64,000 nt of DNA from Marsupella aquatica (Eukaryota; Plantae; Marchantiophyta), in NCBI GenBank assembly GCA_973895155.1, contig OZ316891.1, positions 8,433,875-8,497,874 of the forward strand, written 5' to 3'. The notes beneath the pieces are model-generated. The model was not told where the DNA came from. It saw only the letters and a program-made list of their open reading frames with translations, and did no database searches. Positions 62,440 to 64,000 of the stretch are shown piece by piece (the stretch's first letter is position 1; each line of letters begins with the position of its first letter). The translations under genes and the position numbers were made by a program.

Positions 62440-64000
62440 TGTCACCTGCTTATCAAACAATTTACACAACAATTACGTATTTACTCCTACTGGGTGAGAC
62501 TGTAAGGGAATTTACACGACAATCACGACGCTATTAGGATTCTATTGCATGTAGGATGAGTATGTTTATTTTTTCTCCCGGAAATGTAATTTTTGATCAA
62601 GTCTACCGACTAGTCCCTCTGCTTTTGATCAAGTCCCATGGACTACGCCACACACACTCCTACTGGTCGCTGGTGGAGTGCTGTCACCACCCCCCCTACT
62701 CACACGGTCAACCAATCCGTGCAAGTATTCCTTAGACACTTCTTGGGAAAGAACACAATCGTGAGCCAAAAAAGATAATGCCACACCAAAACTTGAGGAA
62801 TCAAACCAAATCCATATCTTTTGGCAAAAAGTGGTAACACATTGCAAGGACAACCCGGCCTCCTGCCGTCTGCCCAACTCCTGCCTCACTGGGGCAAGCG
62901 CTTCACCTCTACCTCACTACTCTGGCTCTAATTCCCCTTCTGGCTATGAGCTAACTTCCCTAACACCAACACTAGACTGAGTCCCCCCCCCCCTCATTCA
63001 CTACGAGGCTCCCCCCTAAATACTAAAAAAACACCAAAGCACCCCTCACGGAGTGGCAACAACGGCGGCAACCCTAGCAGCGCCGCCAAAAATATCTAAG
63101 AGATAAACTAACCTAAGCGTGCGGCACACACACGCTGTGAAAAACCCTAGCCCACTACGGTACCAGTGGTGCCTTCGCCGGTACTAACATCCAATCCGTA
63201 GTGCATGAAAAGCAAGGGCCCTACACTAGTTTGAAACTGGGAATTACTCCCACTACTCACTAAAGGAACAGGGTAGCCTTCACTAGTCTTCACTGGACTC
63301 ACTTACTGAATCAGGGCTCCACCCCCTGGAATCCTCACCTCCACTGGTAATGATGAGGGTGATGAAATGTTGGTACCATGACTAGCTGATACGGTGGCAC
63401 CGTGACCAGCTTGGGTTTCCCGTGATGACTTACGGGTCTCCCGCAACTATTTCTCCAACATCTTACTCTTCTCCTTCTCCTTCTCCTTCTCACTCACAGT
63501 GCCCTGGCTTGAGCCCCGTGAGTTGGTCTCCTCATCAGTCCTCCTCCTCCTCACTCATGGTGCCTTGGCTTGAGCCCCGTGAGTTGGTCTCCTCATCAGT
63601 CCTCCTCCTCCTCACTCATGGTGCCTTGGCTTGAGCCCCGTGAGTTGGTCTCCTCATCAGCCCTCCTCCTCCTCACTCATGGTGCCTTGGCTTGAGCCCC
63701 GTGAGTTGGTCTCCTCATCGCTCTCCATTGGATTGGATACCACTCCACTAAACAAGGACTCACTTGAGTCCACCACCTCCTATCCTATCTATCTACCCTG
63801 CCTACCAGCCTCAATCCTCCTGATCCCCACCACCGGTTCGTTGTAAAAGGAGGGGACCCCTATAATTGTCGAAACTAAAATTTTCTCAGAATTCACTTCT
63901 GAAAACATATCTGAGGAGCCCTCCTCTTCCTGATCACGGCTCCGTAAACGGTGCACAAAACGGAGGTCAAACGGCCAGGATATGGTCGTTTAAGTTTTCA
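62440..64000. mobile_element. Probable nested insertion (LTR-like start TGTCAC) within copia gag
   Basis: gag-like coding stops abruptly at 62439. The sequence then begins TGTCAC and is non-coding/repetitive. Confidence 0.5.
63489..63719. repeat. 61-bp tandem repeat x4
   Basis: gagccccgtg at 63511, 63572, 63633 and 63694. Confidence 0.93.

Overview
Eukaryotic, intron-containing land-plant DNA; the gene set and style suggest a bryophyte or liverwort (inference). Bases 1 to ~20.4 kb are the right part of a giant, decaying cargo-carrying DNA transposon. On + it has a spliced DDD-type (Sola-like/DUF7869-like) transposase. On - it has a Zn-finger ORF, three paralogous F-box-like ORFs and a ~2,100-aa six-exon polyprotein that I reconstructed by hand: ParB/Srx-like N-domain, degenerate beta-class DNA amino-methyltransferase, acidic/coiled-coil repeats, Ulp1 SUMO protease and FCP1-like phosphatase, plus extra alternative FCP1-like exon(s). 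About 26 copies of a 16-bp palindrome (ACGCG(A/C)-N4-(T/G)CGCGT) occupy most introns and spacers of the element and its tandem arrays. I saw none in the host DNA, so this is a candidate eukaryotic ParB/parS-like system. The rest is host chromosome: cytosolic IleRS, an HDHD5/CECR5-like HAD hydrolase, TAF10, a conserved unknown plant gene, TFIIH p8 (TFB5), a plastid rhodanese, a non-autonomous Helitron, minisatellites and a decayed Ty1/copia element interrupted by a nested insertion. All calls come from reading motifs by eye; no searches were run.
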